Shown here: positions 27,301 through 38,349 of the stretch, piece by piece
How positions within the stretch are numbered: position 1 is the stretch's first letter
Layout: each line of letters starts with the position of its first letter
NCBI RefSeq assembly: GCF_006345805.1
Contig: NC_042998.1
Location: forward strand, 175,274,001 to 175,338,000
Length of the DNA: 64,000 nucleotides
Direction of reading: 5' to 3'
Origin: Octopus sinensis
Taxonomy: Eukaryota
Program-made: the position numbers and the translations under genes
The notes under the pieces: model-generated
The model's database searches: none
Told to the model about the DNA's origin: nothing
What the model saw: the letters and a program-made list of their open reading frames with translations, nothing else

Positions 27301-30300
27301 AAATTTTGCTTCTTTGCATAGTTGATTTTGCATAAATGATTTTCAGAGTCCAAACACAAACCTCTCTATATTCATTGGTTTTACTTCTTTCCCATGAAGT
27401 TTTATGAGGGGTGTTCATTAAAGATTTCTCCTTACCCACTTCCCAAGGACTGAGATAAATGAAACTTGGCATAGTTATTAGTCCTTCTCTACATAGCCAC
27501 CACCGCTGGTGACACACTTCTCCCATCACTTTATGCTGCTGTGAAGACTTCATCTGTACAAGTTAGCAGGTTGTGTCTGTAGCCAAGACTTTATCTTGGA
27601 AATATGTTCATCATCATCTGAAAAGTGCTTCCCCTTCAAAAAAGACTTCATAGTTGGAAAGAGGTAGCAATCAGATGGTGCAAGTTTGGGAGGGTAAGGG
27701 GGGATGAGGAAAGATATCATAGCTGCAGGAGTGTGCTTTCATCTGGGCAACATGTGCATTGTGAACTGGGGCGTTGTCTTGGAGGAGGCAGAGTTTCTTG
27801 GTCAGCTGCCACACCTCTCTTCTTTGATGGCATCCCGCAATTTCTGTGGTGTCATTTGCCAGAAAATCCATCATCACTACTCTGTGCTGGTCCCATAAGA
27901 CTGTTGCTTGCTGAGGGTTGGACACGAGCCTTCTTTGGAGGTAGTGAGTTATCATGCTTCCATTGCTTTGACTGGACTTTAGTCTCAGGATCATAGTGAT
28001 GGACCCATGTTTCATCCTGTGTGATAAGTCTGCCAAAAAAGTCCTTGTTTTCATTGCCAAAAGAGCTTGGGAGCAATTAACTCACTTCTGCTTCTGAAAA
28101 GGTGTGAGCATCTGGGGAATCCATCGTGCAGACAACTTCTGCATGTGCAAATGATGATGAGTGATTTTTTTTCCATGGACCCTACACTTATCTTCACTTC
28201 TTGGGCTAGTTGCTGAATAGTTATGTGGCAATCCTCCAAAATGGCAGCTTCCACTTTATGGATGGTGTCGTCATCAGTGGCAGAATGTGGTCATCCAGGA
28301 ATAGGAGCAGTTTCCAGCAATGTCCAACCACATTTGAACTGGTGATGCCAGTGCTTGACTACATCATGTGATGGTGCATCATCACCATAAACTTCTTTCT
28401 TCTCATCAAAAGTCTTTTTTGGGGAATGACCTTTCAAGTATAAGAACCTGATCACTGATCGGCATTCAGCTGCCTCCATTATAACACCTTAGTCTATTTC
28501 AGCAGTCATAAAAGACAAACAAATACTAGTGGAAAGCTGCAATTTACAATGTGACAAGTAGAGCCATGTATGATTATACCTGTACAAGTTCTGTTTTCTG
28601 CAATAACTGGAATTGGGCCAGGAAATCTTTAATGAACACTCCTTGTACACTACAAGAAATTACTTTCTAGTAGTCCATCTTGTTCTGACCAAGCTGGTGC
28701 AAGGACCATCAGTGCATTGTTGTGTATTTTTACTGAATTATTTCCAGTTAATATTTTTTATTTAGATGCCAGTTAGTTTAACCATAAATCAACAATGGAT
28801 CTTGGTCTGCTAGAAATAGCAGTCAAATCTTCAAATCACATCCTATTAACTTCAAAAAAGAAAGGAGAATATGAAGGATAATACAGATCACCTTTTTATC
28901 GTTTTTTTTTTCATGTACAGAGTATCTAAATATCTTCTTCCGTAGGTCTGCTTGAAAAAGACTCACCTGAAGCTAAACAACAACACATTTTTCTTTCTTT
29001 GTGCTATGTTCTTTGCATTGTTTAGTCACTCCATACAATCTGATTTCTTATCTCCTCTGGTTCTGAAAACAGTTTCTTCTTTGATTTTCACAGAACAATA
29101 TTCCTTTGTAATCTCTTTCCTCTTTGCAGTTATATACCATTATCATTTGACATAACATTCTTACATTTGTTTCCTTCCATGATGCTGATATTCTGTCTAT
29201 ATTCTTCCTTGTTCTGCTTAACTTTATTGGAGACCAAAATTATTTCCCTGTCCTAATATTTAAGTTTGTTTTTATTTTTTAAATTATTTTCAGGTAACTG
29301 TTCCCAAAAACCCAAATGTTAGCTCATTAAAAGATTTTTCTGAAGGCTATGTTGGTAAACTTCAAACTCGGAAGTCTGGCAAGGTTCAGCTTCTGTTGGG
29401 TAATGTAACCCTGGATATATCGATGGGCACTCCTTGTGGTTTTCTTCAGGTAAAGAGATTATTGATTATATTTATTTTCTATACTATTTACAAACACTAT
29501 TATTTACAGTTAGTTTGGTTAGACTGATGATACTTCTCAATAAAAATCCATCCATCCATCCATTTTCTCCACCCACTATTCCTGAGAAGATTGTTGGGGT
29601 AGAATCCTCAGGCATCTCCTCCATAAGATTCCGCTGTCATTACCCTTTCTTTAATCCCTCCCTTGAAATTGCTGGCCTTGTGCCAAAATTCGAAACCAAT
29701 ATTCTGACAAAAAAAAAACCCAATAATTTTAGTTTTAGTTCCCTTTTTCTTCTAATAAACACTCATGCATTCATCATCATCATTTAACGTCCATTTTCCA
29801 TGCTGGCATGGGTTAGGTGGTTTGACCGGAACTGGTAAATTAACATTCTAGTTGAAACTTAATATATTGGTTTAATATTCTTAGTAATCCACCGGTCTAA
29901 TTACATACAGACATTTGATGATTGTTCCAGTTACCTGTAGCTTAGTCATTCTTTATTTTTTTTATAGCCATTTTATATACTTACATAAGAAGGGTTTTTT
30001 CCACAAATTAAAATTGTCATAATATTTTCAACTTATATACATGCTTCTTATTACAAAACACAAAAGTATATTAAGTTGTAATTTAATTTTTTTAAAGATT
30101 AATTTATAAATTCAGTTTTATAATTTTACACTAAGTACAGATTTAAAGTATATACGATGGTAAGCAGAATTAAGTACATACACAGGAATTGAACCCATGC
30201 CCTTTAGTTGACTCCATGATGTATCCACCAATGAGCATCTAGTTATCTATCTCTGTGGGATGATTTTAAACTTCACATCTTAAATTCACAAAACACTTGT

Positions 30301-31634
30301 CAGTCAGTGGCGTAGCAAGAGTGTGTGCCTCCCAAGACAGCCCTTGAGTTCCTATTCTCCCAGGACACCAACCCTCCACTGGCTTATACTGCAGGCACAG
30401 AAATGCCACCCTCATTAGAGTATCGCCTGGGAAAAACAACCCTCTCACTTTCACTCTCTAATTATATTACTGTTGTCAATTATATAGTTGCTCTCTACCG
30501 TTAACATCATCATCATCGTCATTTAACGTCTGCTTTCCATGCTAGCATGGGTTGGACGATTTGACTGAGGACTGGCGAACCAGATGGCTGCACCAGGCTC
30601 CAATCTGATCTGGCAGAGTTTCTACAGCTGGATGCCCATCCTAACGCCAACCACTCTGAGTACCTTTTCCTTCTTTGGACACTAAAACTTTGCTTGCGAA
30701 GACCTGTTGAGGCAAGTGAAATCAAAATCAAATTTGATGACTGGCATCCGTGCTAGCAGGGTGCAAAGAGTACCATACGAGTGTGATCATTGACAGAGCG
30801 GCTAACCAGCTTGTGTGCCAGTGGCACTTAAAAGGTACCATTTGAGCGTGATGTTACCAGCGTCGCTTTACTGGCACTCGAGCCCCGTGCTAGTAGGGTA
30901 TTAAGAGTACCATCTGAGCGTGATCATTGCCAGAGCAGCTATCTGGCCTCCATGCCGGTGGTACGTAAAAGACACCATTCGAGCCTGATCGTTACCAGCA
31001 TCGCCTTACTGGCACGTAAAAGCACCCACTACACTCTCGGAGTGGTTGGTGTTAGGAAGGGCATCCAGCTGTAGAAACTCTGCCAGATCAAGATTGAAGC
31101 CTGGTGCAGCCATCTGGTTCACCAGCCCTCAGTCAATCGTCCAACCCATGCTAGCATGGAAAGCGGACGTTAAATGATGATGATATAAGTCAGTAAATAT
31201 ATATATACACACGATGGGCTTCTCTCAATTTCCATCTACCAAATCCACTCACAAGGCTTTGGTTGGCTTGAGGCTAAAGTAGAAGACACTTGCCCAAAGT
31301 GTCGTGCAGTGGCACTGAACCTGGAACCATGTGATTGAGAAGTGAGCTTCTTACCACATGGCTACACCTGCTTTCATTCATTTTTTTTTCTTTTGTGAGG
31401 TTTCGGTTGCTCTTTTATTAGTATTGTTTAGTGTGTAATGATTTCATTTAAATTTTCCACTATATATATATATATATAAATATACACACACATATATAAA
31501 CCTTTCTTTTCTATTTACAGGACCTTGTATCAGTGAAAATCAATGGTGACAAAGGTGACCTCACAGTCCTTGGTCATGTCAATCATAGGTTAATATGCAC
31601 ACCAAATTTTGATGGTTTAGTGAAGAGCAGTTAG
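8302..31634 (+). CDS. POLR3D: DNA-directed RNA polymerase III subunit RPC4 (C53), full span, 9 coding exons, 1167 nt = 388 aa + stop
   Basis: join(8302..8381,12276..12371,13920..14095,14728..14876,16893..17007,20530..20661,23892..24040,29294..29449,31521..31634). All introns are GT-AG and phases match (2,2,1,0,1,1,0,0). Motifs RLPSIRGPRDLTLGG, QSHSIFEQGP, PVQLP, LLFLQLPD and VGKLQTRKSGKVQLLLG match the RPC4 family as I recall it. Confidence 0.96.
12276..12371 (+). CDS. POLR3D: RPC4 coding exon 2 (RLPSIRGPRDLTLGGIPKKVFMPNIPSRRSKEE)
   Basis: gacag| acceptor, |gtaagt donor, conserved N-terminal RPC4 motif. Confidence 0.96.
13920..14095 (+). CDS. POLR3D: RPC4 coding exon 3 (...RGRGRNRGRDNVVQSHSIFEQGP...)
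   Basis: ctgtag| acceptor, |gtaagt donor, RG-rich segment plus the QSHSIFEQGP motif. Confidence 0.95.
14728..14876 (+). CDS. POLR3D: RPC4 coding exon 4 (poly-Gly; KEETKRLLDKLLKDD)
   Basis: cttgcag| acceptor, |gtaagt donor, frame continuity with both neighbours. Confidence 0.92.
14980..15293. mobile_element. tRNA-headed element with Penelope-type hammerhead tail plus an inverted partial copy
   Basis: Arms 14980-15093 and 15181-15293 are inverted. A tRNA-like A/B-box head lies on the minus strand at 15185-15114. Confidence 0.65.
15221..15266 (+). ncRNA. Minimal type I hammerhead ribozyme-like motif
   Basis: GACAC-CUGAUGA-a-GACUG(loop)CAGCC-GAAAC-GUU-GUGUU. Stem I is GACAC/GUGUU and stem III is a loopless ACGU palindrome. 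A second copy lies on the minus strand at 15052-15007. Confidence 0.55.
15526..15921. mobile_element. Truncated copy of the 8-bp-TSD MITE at 32437-32844, with internal (CCCTAA)-like repeats
   Basis: Reverse-complement homology to 32471-32844; only one TIR present. Confidence 0.8.
16893..17007 (+). CDS. POLR3D: RPC4 coding exon 5 (FIEPCGIDDDGMQPVQLPF...)
   Basis: tgtcag| acceptor, |gtaagt donor, PVQLP motif. Confidence 0.93.
18830..20110 (-). mobile_element. RTE-clade LINE reverse transcriptase remnant
   Basis: Broken frames CYKGKNDALDRNNYNGIKLL, QLGFVPGRSTTGAIFLVRQLQEKY, DMEKTFDRV and VGVHQGLVLSPLLF. Confidence 0.88.
20530..20661 (+). CDS. POLR3D: RPC4 coding exon 6
   Basis: ttttag| acceptor, G|gtaaga donor, open symmetric phase-1 exon; low-conservation linker. 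Confidence 0.85.
21322..21625 (-). mobile_element. tRNA(Arg-like)-derived SINE; related copies at about 25172-25447, 54530-54899, 55765-56072
   Basis: Minus-strand head ggaggtgcaatggcccagtggttagggcag...ggtttcgattcc (A and B boxes) and a shared body across copies. Confidence 0.85.
23286..23518 (-). mobile_element. SINE with Nin/Deu-like central domain; also 51860-52068 (+) and many fragments
   Basis: Recurrent gagttcaaattccgccgaggtcgactttgcctttcatcctttcggggtcgataaattaagtacc. Confidence 0.75.
23892..24040 (+). CDS. POLR3D: RPC4 coding exon 7 (HGELLFLQLPDVLPGVPP...)
   Basis: ctttag| acceptor, |gtatgt donor, start of the RPC4 C-terminal dimerisation domain. Confidence 0.95.
24380..24960 (-). 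mobile_element. Old LINE (L2/Crack-like) RT C-terminal remnant
   Basis: KSTLKYYLHIWNSA...QKKA...LQAL...SLYY resembles the 'RPxLEYxSHIW...QKRA' region; highly degenerate. Confidence 0.4.
25990..26370 (-). mobile_element. CR1-type LINE 3' end with (TTA)n tail; shorter 3' fragments at 14343-14430, 18260-18370, 47229-47276
   Basis: Minus strand reads NTRGHIYKVRKQHSSHDFRKHFF...VAEAWNKLPASVV, the typical CR1 ORF2 C-terminus. Confidence 0.85.
27405..28645 (-). mobile_element. Near full-length decayed mariner transposon in POLR3D intron 7
   Basis: TIRs (gtgttcattaaagatttc) at both ends with TA TSDs. Transposase fragments RSVIRFLYLKG, ITQDETWVHHYDPETKVQSKQW and LLQDNAPVH carry frameshifts. Confidence 0.92.
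29294..29449 (+). CDS. POLR3D: RPC4 coding exon 8 (EGYVGKLQTRKSGKVQLLLGNVTLDISMGTPCGFLQ)
   Basis: tttcag| acceptor, CAG|gtaaag donor, core RPC4 domain. Confidence 0.96.
30505..31185. repeat. Inverted pair of (GAT)n-tailed RTE-3'-end repeats (30505-30660 minus; 30690-31185 plus); family has more than 15 copies in the window
   Basis: ccatgctagcatgggttggacgatttgactgagg...gccaaccactc and its reverse complement. Confidence 0.85.
31521..31634 (+). CDS. POLR3D: RPC4 terminal coding exon (DLVSVKINGDKGDLTVLGHVNHRLICTPNFDGLVKSS*)
   Basis: tttacag| acceptor, conserved C-terminus, TAG at 31632-31634. Confidence 0.95.
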   Translation, partial: DLVSVKINGDKGDLTVLGHVNHRLICTPNFDGLVKSS

Positions 31635-32436
31635 TTGACTTATGATAATATTTACATGTGTATTATCCATGGATTTTGCCAAGTTGGACTTTTCAAAACC
31701 TTATACGCCAGCTTATTTGAGTCTACAAACTAATATAAAGTTGTATTTAATATTTCCTTTACCTAACTTGATGTAATGACATCCAAGAAAGCTGGCAGCA
31801 AACAACAAAACCAAATCATGATTATTGCTTACAGACATTTCACTACATTGTTTATGCTTTTGAGAAAAGCATAAATGTTACACAATCTCATTTTTCTCCA
31901 CCCACTATACATTTAGGCTTTGTGCCTATGCAAAAAAAATCTGTATCAAATATTGTACTTTTTCAGTTTTGTTATTTTCTTCTATTTAAGTTTGTAAAAA
32001 AATAATTCATTCTCATATATTTTGTTTCTTTTTCATTGCACTTGTTTTTCTATTCTTTTCATAAATCAGAAACTCATGTGAATGTAAATATTTGCTTGTT
32101 GTTGGATTAGTGGTTAAATTCCTGAAATACTCAAAGGCCACAGGCTCAAACTTTGCTACATGGCTGCAGTTGGGGTAGGCAAAATGTTGATGCCTGTCAC
32201 TCAGTTATCATATTGTGGAATTTGAAAACATTAGTGGCAGCAGTCATTATATAGAAGTAATTATTTGATGTACTAGCTTACAAGTGAGGTTGTTTGACCA
32301 ACATAAGTAAGCTATAGTCTGTTTGGGCAGCAGTAATTATATACTCTACCTTTGTGACTGAGTTAGCTTGGCTTAGGGTGGTATATCCAGATTATTGGTG
32401 GCTAAGGACTTGAAGTTCATTAGCAGGGCATGTCTT

Positions 32437-32844
32437 GGATCTTTTCGGTTTGAACTGCAGTTTTTTCTAGCGGTGTCATATGAAATTGTCACCCATAATT
32501 ATGACCCTAGTATCAATCTATTGCATTTCAATCTAATTTAGGGTTAGGGGTGGGGAAGAGTATCTTTTTTTCTTTACAAATGTAAATAAACCCAATCTGT
32601 TTCTTAAACGAGGGACATATTCATATGGCACAGAATGTTTTCACCTCAATAGACGGTCATTGATTGGTTGAAATTGCAGAAATTGAAGAAAAAGACAACA
32701 AATATCTTACAAACTATAGGATTTTCTCAATAAAGCCAAGAGAAAAAGATGTTTTATAAACACATTCTACCAGTATACGAAGTTAAAAATTTTTTAGTTA
32801 CCTAGAAATTATGTTAAAAACTGCCGTTCAAACCGAAAAGATCC
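32437..32844. mobile_element. Intact MITE with GG termini and 8-bp TSD
   Basis: TIR ggatcttttcggtttgaac..gcagttttt at both ends; TSD catgtctt at 32429-32436 and 32845-32852. Confidence 0.9.
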
Positions 32845-35800
32845 CATGTCTTTTGTGGCAGCAATAAGATCATTCTTCCTATTTATTGATTGATACTTTG
32901 GGCTGGTGGAGTATGTGCAGTTTCTCACAAAGGCACCATTCAGTGACATCACTAAACACTATACTGGCATGACAACTAATAACTTTAAAGAAAGATATAC
33001 ACAACACATGCACTTTCTCTAGTGTAGGAATATAGAAAATTCCACTTTTTTGTCTCACTTCATCAAGAGACTCTGGAACCATTGAAATGACTTCTTCGAT
33101 ATCAAAGGGGAATATTATTAACAGGGTCCCTCCTTACTCAACTGGAGCTCATAATTGTCAACTCTATGGATGTAAAATTAACAAACAAACTTTTATATGT
33201 GAGTGTGTATGTGTGTCAGTCTATTAAATACCAGACATAAGGTATTGGTCAACATGAGGCTACAGTAGAAAACGCTTATTCAAGGTGCCCAGAACTATGT
33301 GGTTTGTAAAGCTAACATCTTAACCATACCTCAATGCTGTCATTACATTAGCTGCCCTGTGTCATGTCGTTGCTAACTTTATGCCACTTGATTTGATATC
33401 TCTGTGTGGTAGTTTGCTTATGTAAAGCTAACCAGAACCAAACACCAGCATTCTATCACATTCAATAGATGTACACATTCTATAAAGATATCAATAGAGA
33501 AACATATATTCAATTATAAGCATAGATCAAATAAGAAAGGATATCTATTACTACTGCTGAGACTATTTTAATAAATATATATTTTTGTGTATTTTTAAAT
33601 TAATGCTTTGCCATTAGACACATCATCATTTAACATCCATTTTCCATGCTAGCATGAGTTGGACAGCTTGACAGGATCTGGCAACCCACAAGGCTGGACC
33701 AAATTCCAGTTCTAAAGCTAGATGCCCTTCCTAATGCCAAATACTGGTAATGTTTCTTTTTTTCATAAATCATTTTTATTTATTATTCCTTTTTATTTGT
33801 TTCAGTCATTTGACTGCAGCCATGCTGGAGCACCACCTTCAGTCGAACAAATCAACCCCATGACTTATTCTTTATAAGCTTTGTACTTATCCTATCTGTC
33901 TCTTTTGCTGAACCACTATATTATGGGGACGTAAACACACCAGCATCGGTTGTCAAATGATGGTGGGGGGGACAGACAGAGACACACAAACACACACACA
34001 CATATATATATGTGTGTGTGTGATGGGCTTCTTTCAGTTTCCATCTACCAAATCCACTCACATGGCTTTGGTCGACCTGAGGCTATAGTAGAAGACACTT
34101 ACCCAAGGTGCCACACAGTGGGACTGAATCTGGAACCATGTGAGTTGGTAAGCAAGCTACTTACCACACAGTCACTCTTACACCTTAGTAACTTAAAATT
34201 AAGGGGAGCAGTGAAAGATTTGAATTTTTGCTAATTTTGTGGTAAAAGTTCAAATTCAGGTGAATAAAAGAAATTTTTGATCAAATTACTCCCACATTAA
34301 GAACAATGAAAGAAAAAAAAGAGACACCTTATATTCCATTTATTTACAAATCTGCAGGAAAAGAAACTAAATTTTATTCTCATATTTGCAATGATGAGTC
34401 CAAGTCTTTCTTTAGGTCTGTAGGTATTGTACTTTGTATTGTTTAGGTCTGTAAGTATTATACTTTATATGATGCTCAACCATTGTGTTTAAGCAGTTCT
34501 ATTGCTGTTGTGAATATGCCTCAATGTTAAAAAAATAAAGCTTGAAATATGACGTTATCATTATTATAGATAGAAGCTTGATTTTTATTGTGTTTAGGAT
34601 TACTAGTTAACTCATGCTGTAAATCTGCTCTGGCTTCACAATGCTATTTAAGTATAACCAAACACCTGTTAGTAATTGGGTTGTATATATTGATCAAGAT
34701 ACTTGCAGAAAATGTATAGATTCATATGGGACAAGCTGCATTAAATGACAGAAAAAATAACTTTGGAACCATATGTTTGAAATCTGATATCATTTTTGTT
34801 GAGTTGATTAAACAACTGCCTAGTTTTTTTTGAAAACAGAAGTAACTAGAATAATGCTCTCTAACATCATTATAAAGCCAGAGATTTGGTAATGGTAGGG
34901 AAGTGTGCTTGTGATCATCATACCCTTCACAAGGACATTACTGGCATGTGAAATGAAGCAGATGCAAACAAAAGTAATAATAATAACAGTAGTTAGCATG
35001 ATTTTCATTGAATGGCAACAGACCTTTTGGCATAAAACTGAAGCATTTTACGTCATTCATTAAAACAATATTGGAAATGCTGTTTTTAGAAAATGACTCA
35101 GAGAAGAATTGAGATAGAGGATAAACTATTTTATGATAGTCATTAGAGAAGTGAGTGGCAGAATTGTTATACCGCTGGAAAAATACCTTGAAAAATTTAT
35201 ATTCCTTTATGTTCAGAGTTCAAATCTTGCTGACATCAGTTTTACATTTCATCCCTCTGGGATTAATAAAATAAAGTATCAATCAAGTACTAGGGTTAGC
35301 TTACTTGACAATACTCACCCACAACAATCTGTGGCCCTGTACCTATATTAGAAACTACTACTTCTATCGTCATAAACATGACTGTTTCAAATCTGTTATT
35401 GATCAACCACGAATATTCAAGTTGTGCTATTAAGGCACTTCTGATCTATTCCCGTTTAAATCTTATTTTCCTATACCTGATATACCATCATTAAAACATA
35501 ATTCCATTATTTTAATAATTTTTTTTGTATTTAATACCTTGTAGAATATCCAGTAGATCTTTTTTCTAATACTCATTGTTACTATCCTATTTCTCACAAT
35601 CAATATTTTTTTATATAAGTTTCATAGATATGAAGAAAGTTTCTTGTTACTCAAATACTGAAACCAATCTCAAGTTCTGGTTGTATGTTATATTTTTTAA
35701 GAAATAATTATTTATGCCATAGTCTTATTTCTCCTCTGCAAAGTAGCTCCTAAATGTTTGGGTCACATGATGTTACAAATAGTAGCAACCAAATCTCCCT

Positions 35801-36620
35801 CATATTACATCCTATTATCTTAAAAAAATGACTTTTTAGATAATATAGTTTTAGATGCACTATATCTGGAATATGGTTGTAGATATAGTATTTTTATTAA
35901 GTTTGCATGATCAAGAATGACTTAAGCCTTAACAAAAATAGTGCATATCTAAGAAATCCTAGATTAATCCACATAAATTTTCTCTTTGATAAGTGGAATC
36001 AGTTTTTTTCACTGCAAAAGTGAAATACGTAAAACTTCTACATTATTTAAATGTGAAAATTATGACTTCAACTACAAGCTTTTTATACTCTTCTCGGAAA
36101 AAAAAAATATTAATCACTCATAAGTTGTCCTCAGATTAGATACCTGGTCAAAATGCTTGCAAAAGCTGGACTCTGTTTCAACTCTCAAGGGTCAAGTGGT
36201 ACTATTAAACTAGGTGACAGTTTATCTGCCACACAGGGACCAGTACATTTGATGGGTTTCAACAGTTTTTGTCTGTACAATTGACCCAAAGCTAATGCAG
36301 AGAGAAGACACCGACACAAAGTACTGCAAAACTACATGGTCATAACTACATCCATTATTATAATCAAGCCTTAAAATTCTGCATGGTCAATTTTGCTTTT
36401 CATCCATTCAGGGTTAGTAAAATAAGTACCAGTTAAACACTGGACTTGATATAATCGACTTACCCAACTCCCCTGGGTTGCTGGCCTTGTGCCAAAATCT
36501 GAAACTATAATTATCACCAAGCCTGCAGTTCTCTAAAACTCTTTCACTCTTAGTAATTAATCTATAGATTGATCTCCTCAATTGAAAGAGTCAACAAAAA
36601 TCATTGGCAATATCATCATT

Positions 36621-36786
36621 AGGCGCAGGAGTGGCTGTGTGGTAAGTAGCTTGCTAACCAACCACATGGTTCTGGGTTCAGTCCCACTGCATGGCATCTT
36701 GGGCAAGTGTTTTCTGCTATAGCCCCGGGCCGACCAATGCCTTGTGAGTAGATTTGGTAGACGGAAACTGAAAGAAACCAGTCGTA

Positions 36787-36825
<39 letters not shown>

Positions 36826-37030
36826 TTGTGTGTCTGTGCTTGTTCCCCTAGCATTGCTTGACAACCGATGCTGGTGTGTTTACGTCCCCGTCACTTAGCG
36901 GTTCGGCAAAAATAGATCGATAGAATAAGTACTGGGCTTACAAAAAGAATAAGTCCCAGGGTTGAGTTGCTCGACTAAAGGCGGTGCTCCAGCATGGCCG
37001 CAGTCAAATGACTGAAACAAGTAAAAGAGT
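36621..37030 (+). mobile_element. Abundant tRNA-derived SINE with internal (TA/TG)n; other copies at about 3560-3880, 10135-10490, 33795-34180, 50750-51137, 51285-51662, 53430-53790, 57799-58200, 62790-63160
   Basis: Head ggcgcaggagtggctgtgtggtaag...gggttcagtcc and tail aatgactgaaacaagtaaaaga repeated throughout the window. Confidence 0.88.
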
Positions 37031-38349
37031 AAAAGAGAGATTCCTCAAACTAAGGTGTAAAAATATGAAGGTTAGCAGATAACTAGTTGAAAAGTTATAT
37101 AAAGAATAAGATACAAGGAACTTATTCAACCAGGAGCTACAATAGAAGATACTTGCCTGGTGCCATCTAGTGGCATCAGATATGGAACGCCAAAGTTGCA
37201 AAATGAATTGAACTCCACACCAATGCCTTTGGCTATGAGTATAAATAAGTAATAAAATTGAATGGACTCAACATATTAATCTAATTAAACTAAAAAGATG
37301 TAAAAAAAAAATTCCCTCCTAAATACTGGACTAAAATATAGTATTTTAGCTTGGGGAAAACTGCAAGCAAATTTGTATTAAACTTGCCTCAAGAATTTCA
37401 GAAAATGATAAGATTGGTGCACAAAACATATTAGATTGAACCACTAACAAAGAAGTTTGGCATTTGAATATAAAGGACTTATTTTTTTAAGCTTAAGTTC
37501 TCTTGAATTCATACATGATGAATTTGTTTTGATAAAATGTTTTAAGTTTAGCTGAAATGCTGACCGTTTGACCACTAAACAGAAAAGGAATGTGTTAAGT
37601 ATTCCATGTGTTTGTCATATAAAAAACATATTTCCTATTATTTCTCTGGAATCAGTTTATTGTTTGCATTAGTAAACAGCTAGTCAGTAGGAGACTAAGT
37701 GGGGAGTATAGACACCAAAATTGTTGACCTTTTTCCTTCATTTGAGATTGAATAACTATTGTGTTATTTGGGCTGTGGATGCATATATAAATAAGAAATG
37801 GAAGTGATAGTGTTATGCAGAGATCAGGCTAAGAGAGAGAAGGTATAAAGTGAAGAAAATTATGTATTAGAGAGGGAAGATGGAAAGACAATGCCTCAAA
37901 CAAAAAAAAAGGTGAGGTGAGGTGTTTGACGGGTAGCAGAGAGACAGAGTAACTACTGTTAAAAATAAATTATTCAAGGGTAACAATATCCTTTTTATTG
38001 CAGCAGAGTATTAAGGAAAAGAAAAAGACATCAGAGGGGCAATGCATACCCTGCATGCAGATAATTTTTTTCACAAATTATAGTGTGGCTTACAATGCAT
38101 TGATTTGAACTGGATTAATTTTTTTTTAAGTATCACCATTATAGGTATTTATACCCTGGTGAAATTAAGAAACCAACTAAATGAAACCCTCATATCCATC
38201 AGTATACACACAGTCATATATCTATGTATGTAAGTACACATGCAGACAAAGGTTAATTCATATGAAAAAGAAAGTGAACAAAATAATATGACCACTTGCT
38301 TATCAAGAAATTTGTCAGTTCAATTTTTTGTTTAAGTATTACCATTATA

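Noticed and set aside
30740-31020. Novel short-repeat array (gagcgtgatcgttaccagc units)
   Set aside because: Internal subrepeats of the common RTE-3'-end repeat, also seen at 24085-24200 and 9630-9750.
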